NCBI RefSeq assembly: GCF_026224925.1
Contig: NZ_JAMFRV010000080.1
Span: forward strand, 1-46,322
Reading direction: 5' to 3'
DNA length: 46,322 bases
Source of the DNA: Pseudomonas sp.
GTDB lineage: Bacteria; Pseudomonadota; Gammaproteobacteria; Pseudomonadales; Pseudomonadaceae
Shown here in pieces: positions 18,559 through 28,335 of the stretch. The notes beneath the pieces were generated by a model. That model saw only the letters and a list, made by a program, of their open reading frames with translations, searched no databases and was not told where the DNA came from. How positions within the stretch are numbered: the stretch's first letter is position 1; each line of letters begins with the position of its first letter. A program made the position numbers and the translations under genes.

Positions 18559-20259
18559 CTAAGTTTCGTTGCGCCCACGCGAAACGCGCGCGGTAATCAC
18601 CTCTACTAAAGACGGCCCCTTGCTATTGAGCGCCTTGATAAAAGTGGGATTCAGTTGTGAGGAATGCTCGACCCGCCAGGCATCAAGACCGAAATTTTTG
18701 GCAATGCCGGCAAAATCAGGAGAATAAGGTTTGCCATCCGGCAGGTTGAACTCACCAGCCCGGTACTGCTCGACTAACGGGGTTTGCACATCACTCAATG
18801 AAACATAACCGCTGCTGTTAAACACCAGGAACACGACCGGAATGCTATGCATCACGCAGACCGCCATTTCCTGCATCGACTGCAAAAAATCCCCTTGCCC
18901 CACGGCACAAACCACCTGACGCGCTGGCATGGCGAGCTTCGCTCCGATCGCCGCCGGAATAGCCCAACCCATAGTCCCGACACTTCCTGCGCAGAGATGA
19001 GTTCTTGGACAATAGACAGGAAACATCTGGCTGACCGCCGTCTGAATACTTCCCCCACCGACCACCAGAATCGAATCCCTTTCCAGCACCGCCCGTAGTT
19101 CAGCCAATGGCTTGTGAATAATCAAGGGGGGAACGTCGCTGGCGCTATCTTCGATCAAGCGCGACTCGCGCTCTTTACGCAACACGGCTATTTCCCGGCA
19201 ATAAGTGGTGCGACGAAGTTGTAGCGCCTTGAACGGTGATGAGGAAATCGCACCAACCAAATCGGTCAATGCGCTTTTAATATCGGCGGTGATGCGAATA
19301 CCGGAATCGTGACCTCCCTGACGCTCATGCGGCGCACTGTCTATCGCGATGAATTGCGCATCACCCTGTTCCGCCAACCGAACGCCGTTGCGCGCCTGCG
19401 ACAGTGAGTGGCTTGGCTGACAGCCCAAAACCAGAACGACGTCAGCCGACGCCAGCAAATGATCGCCACCTGAACTTCCCGATTGGTGTATCACCCCAGC
19501 GCTCAACGGATGGTCTTCGGCAAAGGCACCCTTCCCTTGCATGGTCGTCACGACGGGCGCCAGTAGCCGCTCCGCCAACGCCAGCAATTGCGGGCTCGCA
19601 TCGGCGGCGATTATCCCGCCACTCACCAGGATGACCGGGCGAGCGGCACCACAGAGAGCCTTAGCTGCACGCTCGACTAACCAAGGGTCCGCCAACTGCA
19701 ATTCGCTGGTAGCCCGCAAGGTGGCGGGCGACAGGCTGAGTTCGATGGAGGCGCTCTGAACGGCGACCGGAATATCGACATTCACAGGTCCGCCGCAACC
19801 ACTCAGCATCGTATCGAAAGCCTGACGCAGAGCCTGGGGTAACTGCTCAATCGTCGGGACCAGCAAACGCCCTTTGGTAATTCTCGAATCCAACGCGTCA
19901 GGGAGATGGCCGTCGCTGGCGCCCTCCAGCCTGGGCAAATCATCTTCGGCACCGCCAGTGCTGATGACCAGAATCGCGGATGAATCCGCCCATGCGGCCG
20001 CGATCCCGCCCAAGGCTTTCGAAATACCCAAAGGGACAGGAAGCAGGACGGCCATGGGGCGACCGCAGGCGCGGAAATATCCGTCAGCGATATGCACGGA
20101 GCTTTGCTCCTGCATGACTTGAATGAACGGGATTTCAGTACCGGCAGATAACAGTGCCTCCACCAACGCCCATGATCCGTCTCCCGGCGTGCCAGCAACA
20201 TAGTCGACACCGTTCGCCCTTAGCGCTTTTGCAACAATCTGACCACCAGTGAGCTTCAC
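18559..20259 (-). CDS. ThDP-binding (acetolactate synthase/IolD-like) protein with degenerate cofactor motif
   Basis: QEQ..ADGY, GPV, GTMGWAIPAAIGAKLA. Has GQG...NS instead of GDG...NN. GGAG RBS before GTG 20259. Confidence 0.85.
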   Translation of the reverse strand: MKLTGGQIVAKALRANGVDYVAGTPGDGSWALVEALLSAGTEIPFIQVMQEQSSVHIADGYFRACGRPMAVLLPVPLGISKALGGIAAAWADSSAILVISTGGAEDDLPRLEGASDGHLPDALDSRITKGRLLVPTIEQLPQALRQAFDTMLSGCGGPVNVDIPVAVQSASIELSLSPATLRATSELQLADPWLVERAAKALCGAARPVILVSGGIIAADASPQLLALAERLLAPVVTTMQGKGAFAEDHPLSAGVIHQSGSSGGDHLLASADVVLVLGCQPSHSLSQARNGVRLAEQGDAQFIAIDSAPHERQGGHDSGIRITADIKSALTDLVGAISSSPFKALQLRRTTYCREIAVLRKERESRLIEDSASDVPPLIIHKPLAELRAVLERDSILVVGGGSIQTAVSQMFPVYCPRTHLCAGSVGTMGWAIPAAIGAKLAMPARQVVCAVGQGDFLQSMQEMAVCVMHSIPVVFLVFNSSGYVSLSDVQTPLVEQYRAGEFNLPDGKPYSPDFAGIAKNFGLDAWRVEHSSQLNPTFIKALNSKGPSLVEVITARVSRGRNET

Positions 20260-20736
20260 AGGACACTCCAATAGAACACGCCAATCAAACAGACGCAGGC
20301 GTGGGGCCGGATGCTCCTCCCCCGTCTCTGGACCGTCACTGGAGTATTCGCCCGGAGCAAGCACGGCTCAATTTCGCACACTCCGTAAAAGAGACGCACG
20401 TTGACGCAGGTAATTCATCCCATCGCCCGCCAGAGGAGAACTATTGTTATCGGGAGTGTGCTGCGCCGATTAGGTCACTTTGATGCGTCAGAGTGCGTCG
20501 CTTTTAAAGGCGCTGCGAAATTGAGTGCTCTGCCCGCCAAGGCCAATACTCGGCCCATGAAAACAACAAGCCGAGCCTATCAAGCGCTGGGTACGCCACT
20601 TGATAGAAACAATGCTGGCCATAACTCTGCCGATTGACATGACTTATATAAAAATGTGCCCGGCAACATTAGCTGATCCGGAGCCATTGCAAATCGCTGA
20701 TCGTTTGCACACAACCACCCTAGGCAGGAACTCGAA

Positions 20737-21900
20737 ATGAAAAAAGAAACAGCGACGGGTTATGGATCAACCGGCATTGACTTGGACTCGATTAGCTTGA
20801 AACGGCGCACTTTTCTGTTGGGGGCGGCCGCGTCTGCCGCAGGGTTGTACATCGGTTCGTTCGTACCCAGTGCGTTTGCCGCAGCAGCAGGCGGCCACCT
20901 GGAGATTCTTGGCTGGGAGGGTGAAACCGGTGACGCGGAACTAGCTGACTGGCGCAAACAGCGTGGTATTACCGTACGTTCAAGCTATGCCAGTACCCAA
21001 GACGACATTACCGCACGGTTGGCCGGCTCGGATCCCGTGCAGCTTGATTTGACCATGTATGCCTTGGGCTACGAGACCATCTATAAAGAAATGGGTCTGC
21101 TCAAGGAGATCGATACCTCGAAGATTCCTAATTACTCGGCAGACAATACCCTGGCTCTTTTCTACAAAGGCAGCCGCTGGTACTGGGATGGCAAGCAGTG
21201 GGGGATCCCACTTCTGTGGGGAATGAACACCATCATCTACAACCCTAAGAGCGTCAAGAAACCTGCCGAATACAAAGACCTTTTGGACCCGAAACTGAAG
21301 GGCAAACTGACCTTTGTCGATGATGGTCTGTCGACCTGGTCACTCATTGCCATTATTGCTGGCTATGGCAACAAGTTCCCTAACCTGACACGTGCCGAGT
21401 TCGACGACGCGTTCGAGAAGCTCAAGCCGTACCGTGATCAATGCCGAGTCTTTGCAGCCTCCTCGGGAGACGCGGTTTCCCTACTGGTGTCGGGCGAAGT
21501 GGACGCGGTTTTTTCCGCGTCTGCCAACACGCCAAGCGAAACAGCCAAGCGCGGCGTAACAACAGCTCTGTCCGTTCCAAAAGAAGGCGCGGCCGTCTGG
21601 TGCGATGCCTTGTTTATCCCGAAAACGGCAAAGGACATACCGCTTGCGCTGGAGTTCATCAACAAGACGCTTGAGGCTGAAACCCAGGCCAAGATGGCAA
21701 CTACCATGTTCTCCGGGGTCGTCAATCCCAAAGCCGTACCGCTGCTCCCTGCCGAGTTGAGAAACACTTTCGACTACGCGAATCTGGACAGCTTTTTCGA
21801 GAAATCGAAACTCTACAGCCAGCCCCCTCTGAGCTCCGACAAGTACGTGACCTATGCTGAATGGATCGATCAGTGGGCGAACTTCAAAGGCTCGTTCTAG
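20737..21900 (+). CDS. PotD/PotF-like ABC substrate-binding protein with Tat signal
   Basis: LKRRTFLL twin-arginine motif and AFA cleavage site, WGIPLLWG, DLLDPKLKGK, PKEGAAVWCD. Confidence 0.88.
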   Translation: MKKETATGYGSTGIDLDSISLKRRTFLLGAAASAAGLYIGSFVPSAFAAAAGGHLEILGWEGETGDAELADWRKQRGITVRSSYASTQDDITARLAGSDPVQLDLTMYALGYETIYKEMGLLKEIDTSKIPNYSADNTLALFYKGSRWYWDGKQWGIPLLWGMNTIIYNPKSVKKPAEYKDLLDPKLKGKLTFVDDGLSTWSLIAIIAGYGNKFPNLTRAEFDDAFEKLKPYRDQCRVFAASSGDAVSLLVSGEVDAVFSASANTPSETAKRGVTTALSVPKEGAAVWCDALFIPKTAKDIPLALEFINKTLEAETQAKMATTMFSGVVNPKAVPLLPAELRNTFDYANLDSFFEKSKLYSQPPLSSDKYVTYAEWIDQWANFKGSF

Positions 21901-21956
21901 ATCGGCTGGTAGTCGGTTTTTTACAGAAAGGCTTGTTTAAGGGAACTGTACTGGAG

Positions 21957-21980
21957 AGCGCGTGCCTGCGAGCACGCGCT
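21957..21980 (+). other. Hairpin between SBP and permease genes (possible mRNA stabiliser)
   Basis: AGCGCGTGC-ctgcga-GCACGCGCT. Confidence 0.45.
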
Positions 21981-22103
21981 GCTCTGCTCGATGGAGGCGA
22001 TGGAATGGCCTGTCGATGCCATTCGTATGGTTCTGGAAGAGCACACGTCACACGCTCGCCAAAGCACCCTCGTTATCGAACAAAAAGCAAAGGCAAACTA
22101 ATC

Positions 22104-23039
22104 ATGAACGTAGTCAACAACAGCGAGCCCATCATTCTCGACGAAAGGGATTCGAAGGCCGGTAAACAAGTAAGGATCGACAAAAAGACCTTGAGTGGGT
22201 ACTTGCTGGCTTCGCCCCCCCTGTTCTTTCTGGTGGTGTTCTTTCTGATTCCGTCGGTGCTGCTGCTGGTCGCAAGTTTCTGGACCGCCAAGACATTCAG
22301 CATGGAACCTGCCGCTACCGTTGCCAACTATGCGAGGGCCCTGAGTGCCAGCGGGTTCTATGATTCCTTGTGGATCGCTCTGCAAAACGGCTTTTGGACC
22401 GCCGTATTGTCGACGGTCATCAGCGCCCCGGTCGCCTACTATATTGTCTATCGGACGCGCTCCAACGCGGTGCTGTACCTGGCCTTGATCTCGTGGTTCT
22501 CCAGCTATCTGGTGCGGGTCTATGCCTGGCGCTCCATCCTGGGCACCAACGGCGTGATCAACTCCACGCTGTTGCACCTCGGACTGATTGATCAACCACT
22601 GGACTGGCTGGTGTTCAGCAAGTTTTCGGTGGTGTTAACCCTGGTGCACATCATGCTGCCCTTCACCCTGCTGCTGTTGGTGTCTGGCTTACGCGATATC
22701 AAGAAGGATTATCTGGAGGCCGCCGCGGACCTGGGTGCCAGCGGTTTCACCATCTTGTGGCGTGTGATCATGCCAATGGCGCACAAAAGCATTGTCAGCT
22801 CGTTCATGTTCACCTTCGTCCTCGCAGCCAGTGATTACGTCACCCCCCAGATGCTCGGGGGTAGAGATGCCATGACTACTGGCCTGGTGATCGCCAACCA
22901 GTTTCGGTCGGTTGGTAACTGGCCGCTGGGTGCGGCAATGGCCTACCTGCTGCTGCTTGTATTCATGCTGGTCTATGCGCTGCTGCTGGGCGTATTGCGG
23001 GCTGCGAACCTGGCACCCGGCAAACGTTACCACGACTGA
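22104..23039 (+). CDS. ABC permease, PotB-like
   Basis: SYLVRVYAW, GVINSTL, EAAADLGA, DYVTPQMLGG, NWPLGAA. Confidence 0.92.
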   Translation: MNVVNNSEPIILDERDSKAGKQVRIDKKTLSGYLLASPPLFFLVVFFLIPSVLLLVASFWTAKTFSMEPAATVANYARALSASGFYDSLWIALQNGFWTAVLSTVISAPVAYYIVYRTRSNAVLYLALISWFSSYLVRVYAWRSILGTNGVINSTLLHLGLIDQPLDWLVFSKFSVVLTLVHIMLPFTLLLLVSGLRDIKKDYLEAAADLGASGFTILWRVIMPMAHKSIVSSFMFTFVLAASDYVTPQMLGGRDAMTTGLVIANQFRSVGNWPLGAAMAYLLLLVFMLVYALLLGVLRAANLAPGKRYHD

Positions 23040-23067
23040 ATACCGCCCATAAAAAAGGTAACTCGCC

Positions 23068-23859
23068 ATGATCAGGCTATTCACTTACGTTTACATGCTC
23101 TTCCTTTATGCGCCCATCGCGATCATCACGCTGTTCAGCTTTCATTCGTCAGCCTCGTTGTCGTTCCCCTTCGAAGGTTTCTCTACCAAATGGTACGAGG
23201 CACTGTTCAGCAGTTCGGACTTCATGACGGCATTGGCCAACAGTGCCATCGTCGCCGCGGGTTCGGCCACTCTCACCACGGTGCTGGGCACGTTCTCGGC
23301 ACTGGCGCTGATGCGCATGAAAGGTCGAGTCAAAGCCGTCTTTGCATTCATGAACTTCGCCCCTATCGCCTTGCCCGGATTATTCCTGGGGATCGCGCTG
23401 GTGATTTTCTTTTCGGTGATAGGCCTACCCCGCTCGCTGCTGACCGTGGTCATCGGCCATACGCTGTTCACCTTTCCGTTTTTCGTCGAGTCCGTGCGTT
23501 CACGACTGGAGTACTTTGACCTTTCGTTCGAAGAGGCGGCTCGTGATCTTGGCGCCTCACCGCTCAAGGCCTTCTGGCTGGTGACGCTGCCAATCATTGG
23601 CCCGACGATTGCCGGTGCCGCGATCCTGGCGGTAGCGCTTTCCATGGACGAATTCCTGATCACGGTATTCGTCACCGGCAGCAACACCACGCTGCCACTG
23701 ATGATTCTTTCAATGATGCGCCGCGCTGTCAGCCCAACCATCAATGCCGCCTCGGTATTCATGCTGGTCGTGACCATCGCCATCATCGTCATTGCCGGCC
23801 TGGTCATGACCTTGCGCCGTCGTCGTCTCGAACTTGAACGTGCTGAAACTGCAGAGTAA
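23068..23859 (+). CDS. ABC permease, PotC-like
   Basis: FLYAPI, GFSTKWY, EEAARDLGASP, SMDEF, TLPL, PTINAA. Confidence 0.92.
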   Translation: MIRLFTYVYMLFLYAPIAIITLFSFHSSASLSFPFEGFSTKWYEALFSSSDFMTALANSAIVAAGSATLTTVLGTFSALALMRMKGRVKAVFAFMNFAPIALPGLFLGIALVIFFSVIGLPRSLLTVVIGHTLFTFPFFVESVRSRLEYFDLSFEEAARDLGASPLKAFWLVTLPIIGPTIAGAAILAVALSMDEFLITVFVTGSNTTLPLMILSMMRRAVSPTINAASVFMLVVTIAIIVIAGLVMTLRRRRLELERAETAE

Positions 23860-23864
23860 TCACC

Positions 23865-24944
23865 ATGACCAACAGTATTGAACTGACCGGAATATCCAAG
23901 AGTTACGGCAACCTGACCGCCCTTGGCAAAGTCGACCTGATCGTCAAGCGCAACGAAATCCTGACCTTGCTCGGCCCAAGCGGCTGCGGCAAAACCACAT
24001 TGATGCGCATCATTGCCGGCTTCGAAGAGCCCACCACCGGCAAGGTTGTGATTGACGGCAAGGACTCCACGTCCCTCGCGCCTGAACACCGCCCGGTCAA
24101 CATGGTGTTTCAAAAATATGCCCTGTTCCCTCACCTTGATGTGTTCGACAACGTGGCTTTCGGGCTGCGCCTGAAGAAGAAACCGAAGGATGAGATTAAA
24201 CGTGAAGTGACCAAGGCACTGGAGCTGGTCCAGCTGGAAAGCTTCAAGAATCGCTGGATCTCCGAGCTCAGCGGTGGGCAGGCACAGCGCGTCGCGTTGG
24301 CGCGGGCCCTGGTGAACCGCCCCGCCGTGCTACTGCTCGACGAACCGCTGGCAGCGCTGGACCTAAAGATTCGCCACCACATGCTCAATGAAATAAAAAG
24401 GATCCACGAAGAAACTTCGACCACGTTCGTTTACGTCACCCATGACCAGGACGAAGCGATGATCCTGTCTGACCGGGTCGTCCTGTTAAACAAGGGTGGC
24501 ATTGAACAAATCGGTGGGCCAGAAGAGATGTATTGGTCGCCACGTACGTTGTTCGCCGCGAAATTTTTCGGCGATACCAACATCGTCAACGGCACTTATG
24601 GGCTGGGCGACACCAGCAACGGCTATGTCGAACTTCCGTTCGGACGCTATGCACACACGGCCAAGAACAGCCTGAGTACCGGGCCGGTCAATGTTTCTAT
24701 CCGTCCCGAAACCATCGTCCTAGAGCCCGCACAAGGCGCGACACTAGCCAACGGGGCATTTGTCGGCAAAGTGAAAGACACTTCGTTCATTGGCAATCGG
24801 GTCATTTACAGGGTGACGGTTGCCGGCGGAACCATCGACCTGAAATGTCAACAACTGCCTACTCCAGGCAGCCACACACTGCCACCCGGATCGGATGTTG
24901 CACTCACCTGCAAACCAGACAGTTTCGTGGTCATACCGGCCTGA
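23865..24944 (+). CDS. ABC ATPase, PotA-like
   Basis: GPSGCGKTT, LSGGQ, LLLDEP, VTHDQ, TOBE-type C-terminus. Confidence 0.95.
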   Translation: MTNSIELTGISKSYGNLTALGKVDLIVKRNEILTLLGPSGCGKTTLMRIIAGFEEPTTGKVVIDGKDSTSLAPEHRPVNMVFQKYALFPHLDVFDNVAFGLRLKKKPKDEIKREVTKALELVQLESFKNRWISELSGGQAQRVALARALVNRPAVLLLDEPLAALDLKIRHHMLNEIKRIHEETSTTFVYVTHDQDEAMILSDRVVLLNKGGIEQIGGPEEMYWSPRTLFAAKFFGDTNIVNGTYGLGDTSNGYVELPFGRYAHTAKNSLSTGPVNVSIRPETIVLEPAQGATLANGAFVGKVKDTSFIGNRVIYRVTVAGGTIDLKCQQLPTPGSHTLPPGSDVALTCKPDSFVVIPA

Positions 24945-25004
24945 ATAGCGGTGGCTTAACGACGGCCCCTGCAGAGTTCAGCATGGGGCTTTACCCGTAA
25001 CTTC

Positions 25005-25054
25005 AACGCTGGATCATCACCTCTTTCACGAGAGCATGATCCGGCGTTTTTTTT
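25005..25054 (+). terminator. Rho-independent terminator after the ABC operon
   Basis: AACGCTGGATCAT...ATGATCCGGCGTT ending in a T8 run. Confidence 0.7.
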
Positions 25055-25074
25055 GACCAGGGCGGTAAACAACA

Positions 25075-26661
25075 GTGGTCCAATACATTGTGATCGGGGG
25101 TGGGTCAGCCGGGTGCGTCATTGCGGCACGTCTTAGCGAAAACACGGAGGCTTCGGTGGTCCTCCTTGAAGAAGGGCCAAAAGACACAAACCTGCTTATC
25201 CATCTCCCGGTCGGTTTCTATAAGACCAGCCAGGGCAATCTGGTAGAACGTTACCCTTGGGAGCCACCAGCAGACTACATCGGCCCTGCCGACCCGACCA
25301 TGGTGCAGGCGCGAGTACTCGGCGGTGGGAGTTCGGTTAACGCCATGGTCTATCTGCGCGGGCAACCCGCCGATTACGACAGCTGGGCGGCTTGCGGTGC
25401 CCAAGGCTGGGCCTACAAGGACGTATTGCCCTTCTTCAAGAAGTGCGAAAGCAATGATCGATTCAGCAACGATGCCCACGGTACCGACGGCCCGCTCGGA
25501 GTATGCGATCAACGTTATACCCACCCCTTGACCAAACTCTGGTTACAAGCCTGCCAACAAGCAGGATTAGCCTACAACGCCGACTTCAATTCGGGGGTTC
25601 AGGACGGTTGCGGGCTTTATCAAATCAACGCCAGGAACGGTCTGAGATCGAGCACCTCGGTCGCGTACCTGAAGCCCGCCCGGCGGCGACCTAATCTGAC
25701 GGTTAAAACCAATTGCCGGGTCTTGCGAATCCTGATTGAGGATGGACGCGCAACGGGTGTTGAATACCTTGAAAAAAACCAGTGCCACGTACTCAGGGCC
25801 GAACGCGAAGTCATTGTCAGTGCCGGGGCGATCAATACCCCGAAACTGTTGATGCTGTCGGGCATTGGCCCAGCCAGTCACCTACACGCCAAAGGCGTCA
25901 AAGTGATGCATGACCTGCCTGGGGTCGGACAGAACCTGCAAGATCACATCGAAGTATCCTTGATCAATGAACTGCGTCGCCCATTGAGTTACGACAAGTA
26001 CAAAAAACCGCACTGGAAAATCGCTGCCGGTTTGCAGTACGCACTGTTTCGAGAAGGCCCCGTGACCTCCAACGTGGTAGAAGGTGGTGCGTTCTGGCGT
26101 ACGTCCCTGGCCGAAAACCGCGCGGACGCTCAGTACTGTTTCATGGCCGGTGCCGGTGTAGAGGCTGGCGTGGGGTCCGTCCCTGGTGGCAACGGCTGCA
26201 CCTTGAACGTGTGCCAGACCCGACCTCGCTCGACAGGTTCTGTGCGACTGAGGAGCGCTGACCCGATGGAGTTTCCTTCCATTAAACCCAACTACCTGAC
26301 CGATCCGTTCGACGTAGAGTGCATGGTTCAAGCGACCGAGTTCGGTCGACACATTATGTCCCAGAGCGCGATGGCCGGGCATATTCTGCGCGAGCACATA
26401 CCCGCCGAGCCATTGCGCACCCGTGACGATTATCTAAAGTTTGTGCGTCAACAGGCGCACGCTGCGCTGCACCCGGTAGGCACCTGTAAGATGGGCACGG
26501 ACGAGATGGCGGTGGTGGACAATGAGTTACGCGTACATGGAATCGGTGGCCTGCGTATCGCCGACAACTCCATCGCACCGAGTTTGTGTTCCAGCAATAC
26601 CAACGCGCTGGCGATTATGATTGGCGAGAAAGCGGCTGATCACATTCAACGCGCTCACTAG
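25075..26661 (+). CDS. GMC FAD oxidoreductase (L-sorbose dehydrogenase-like), paralogue B
   Basis: GGGSAG, LGGGSSVNAM, GQNLQDH, HPVGTCKMG, SNTN. Collinear with 9870-11456. Confidence 0.92.
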   Translation: MVQYIVIGGGSAGCVIAARLSENTEASVVLLEEGPKDTNLLIHLPVGFYKTSQGNLVERYPWEPPADYIGPADPTMVQARVLGGGSSVNAMVYLRGQPADYDSWAACGAQGWAYKDVLPFFKKCESNDRFSNDAHGTDGPLGVCDQRYTHPLTKLWLQACQQAGLAYNADFNSGVQDGCGLYQINARNGLRSSTSVAYLKPARRRPNLTVKTNCRVLRILIEDGRATGVEYLEKNQCHVLRAEREVIVSAGAINTPKLLMLSGIGPASHLHAKGVKVMHDLPGVGQNLQDHIEVSLINELRRPLSYDKYKKPHWKIAAGLQYALFREGPVTSNVVEGGAFWRTSLAENRADAQYCFMAGAGVEAGVGSVPGGNGCTLNVCQTRPRSTGSVRLRSADPMEFPSIKPNYLTDPFDVECMVQATEFGRHIMSQSAMAGHILREHIPAEPLRTRDDYLKFVRQQAHAALHPVGTCKMGTDEMAVVDNELRVHGIGGLRIADNSIAPSLCSSNTNALAIMIGEKAADHIQRAH

Positions 26662-26670
26662 CATGGCGCC

Positions 26671-26696
26671 CCTCCTGAGGTTTGCTCCTCAGGAGG
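26671..26696. terminator. Hairpin between convergent genes
   Basis: CCTCCTGAGG-tttgct-CCTCAGGAGG perfect 10-bp stem. A second GC hairpin lies at about 26742-26762. Confidence 0.55.
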
Positions 26697-26774
26697 TCGA
26701 CACCCGCTAGACCCTGAAGTTGTTCATCAGCTCTAATTGCTGGTTCCCCCGAATGGGGAGCCTGAAAGAAGAAA

Positions 26775-28058
26775 TCAGACTGACTTCTTGTAACGACGAA
26801 TCCGGATATCCGCCTGTTCCTTGTGCCCGGCGAAACCTTCCATGCCGCATAAACGGGAACAGTATTCACCGACCAGTACAGACGCCTCATCAGTCAGGAC
26901 ACGTTGATAGGTGCAAGTCTTGATGAACTTGCCGACCCATAGGCCGCCGGTGTAACGCGCCGTGCCCGTGGTGGGTAACGTATGGTTGGTACCAATTACT
27001 TTGTCGCCATAGGAGACGTTGGTCCGCTCACCGAGGAACAGCGCACCGTAGTTGGTCATGTGCTCAAGGAAATAGAGTGGATCCCGAGTCATTACTTGCA
27101 CGTGCTCGGAGGCAATCCGGTCGGCTTCCTGCACCAGTTCGTCCACGGTGTCGCAAAGGATTATCTCGCCGTAATCTCGCCAGGCAACTGAAGCGACTGG
27201 GGCGGTAGAGAGAATGGCCAACTGACGCTCGATTTCCGCTGGCAGGGTGTCTGCCAATTCGGGGCTATTGGTCAAAAACACCGCAGGGGAGTTAACGCCG
27301 TGCTCAGCCTGCCCCAGTAAGTCGGCGGCAATGATTTCAACATCAGAGCTGTCATCGGCAATCACCAGTGTTTCAGTCGGGCCGGCAATCAAGTCGATGC
27401 CGATTTTGCCGAACAGTTGGCGTTTGGCTTCCGCGACAAACGCGTTACCTGGGCCGACAATCATATCGACCGGCTTGAATTCACGGGTACCCAACGCAAG
27501 GGCAGCAATCGCTTGCACCCCGCCGACACAATAGATTTCATCGGCACCGGCCAAATACATGGCCGTCACGATGGCAGGATGGGGCTTGCCATCAAACGGC
27601 GGAGCCGCTGCAACGACACGTTTCACACCCGCCACTTTGGCAGTTAGCACGCTCATATGTGCCGATGCCAGCAGCGGATATTTCCCGCCGGGGATGTAGC
27701 AGCCCACCGAGTTCACTGGAATGTTGCGATGCCCCAGAATCACGCCTGGGAGTGTTTCGACTTCGACATCGTGCATGGATGCTTTTTGCACTTCAGCAAA
27801 ACGGCGTACTTGCGCCTGAGCAAATTTGATGTCACCTATTTCCTGCTCCGAAAGACTGGCGACGCACGCAGCGATTTCGTCATCGGTCAGACGGAAGGTC
27901 ACTGGCTCCCACTTATCAAACCTCTTCGAATACTCCCGAACGGCGGCATCACCGTTCTTGGTTACATTGGCGATGATCTGTTCAACCGTATCGCGGACTT
28001 GAGATGCAATCTCAGCTTGAGCTTCGACGGGCTTACTTTTTTTCAGGTAACGAATCAT
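26775..28058 (-). CDS. Histidinol dehydrogenase-family protein, HpsN-like non-biosynthetic paralogue
   Basis: [52 protein letters not shown] before ATG 28058. No his operon nearby. Confidence 0.88.
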   Translation of the reverse strand: MIRYLKKSKPVEAQAEIASQVRDTVEQIIANVTKNGDAAVREYSKRFDKWEPVTFRLTDDEIAACVASLSEQEIGDIKFAQAQVRRFAEVQKASMHDVEVETLPGVILGHRNIPVNSVGCYIPGGKYPLLASAHMSVLTAKVAGVKRVVAAAPPFDGKPHPAIVTAMYLAGADEIYCVGGVQAIAALALGTREFKPVDMIVGPGNAFVAEAKRQLFGKIGIDLIAGPTETLVIADDSSDVEIIAADLLGQAEHGVNSPAVFLTNSPELADTLPAEIERQLAILSTAPVASVAWRDYGEIILCDTVDELVQEADRIASEHVQVMTRDPLYFLEHMTNYGALFLGERTNVSYGDKVIGTNHTLPTTGTARYTGGLWVGKFIKTCTYQRVLTDEASVLVGEYCSRLCGMEGFAGHKEQADIRIRRYKKSV

Positions 28059-28219
28059 CAATTTGCTCCAGATGGTTCTTGATGCAGGCGACATGCATTC
28101 AGCATTGGTCGCCATCTTTTCGTACCCCCCTGCTCTCGGCAATTTCGCAGCCCCCTTATTGATGACGCGATCTGACGCAGCACAGACGCAATGCTGAAGC
28201 ACTGGCGCGGACGAACTTT

Positions 28220-28234
28220 GTTATTCGTATAACC
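28220..28234. promoter_or_regulatory. Operator copy (1 mismatch) GTTATTCGTATAACC
   Basis: Direct match to the palindrome repeated at 28285, 34903 and 35014. Confidence 0.7.
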
Positions 28235-28248
28235 TCATTACAAAGTCA

Positions 28249-28276
28249 TTGACTTAGAGAATCGTAGTGATAGCTT
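28249..28276 (+). promoter_or_regulatory. Putative sigma70 promoter for the thuA-ThDP-GMC operon
   Basis: TTGACT-16 nt-TAGCTT with TGn extended -10. Operator lies immediately downstream. Confidence 0.5.
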
Positions 28277-28284
28277 AAATAAAC

Positions 28285-28300
28285 GGTTATACGTATAACC
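28285..28300. promoter_or_regulatory. Perfect 16-bp palindrome GGTTATACGTATAACC, candidate LacI operator
   Basis: Central CG palindrome in a divergent promoter region, recurring in the island. Confidence 0.8.
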
Positions 28301-28335
28301 TAATCATCACACCCAACTTAAAGAGGTGATCAACC

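Noticed and set aside
20588-20631. Possible sigma54 -24/-12 promoters upstream of the ABC operon
   Set aside because: Both candidates deviate from consensus (GA at -12, or poor flanks), and no enhancer-binding protein is in the window.
21861-22103. Long N-terminal extensions in the ORF track (permease, also 1272, 7738, 20364, 28202, 28839, 40900 starts)
   Set aside because: They overlap neighbouring genes or regulatory DNA. Downstream starts fit domain boundaries and, in most cases, have an RBS or stop-start coupling.
23142-24134. Long antisense ORFs (330 aa here, also 7005-7904 and 44959-45936)
   Set aside because: Shadows of well-supported plus-strand genes in GC-rich DNA, with no motifs of their own.
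26775-28058. Calling this gene hisD or hpsN
   Set aside because: Context supports neither pathway, so it is left as a family-level call.
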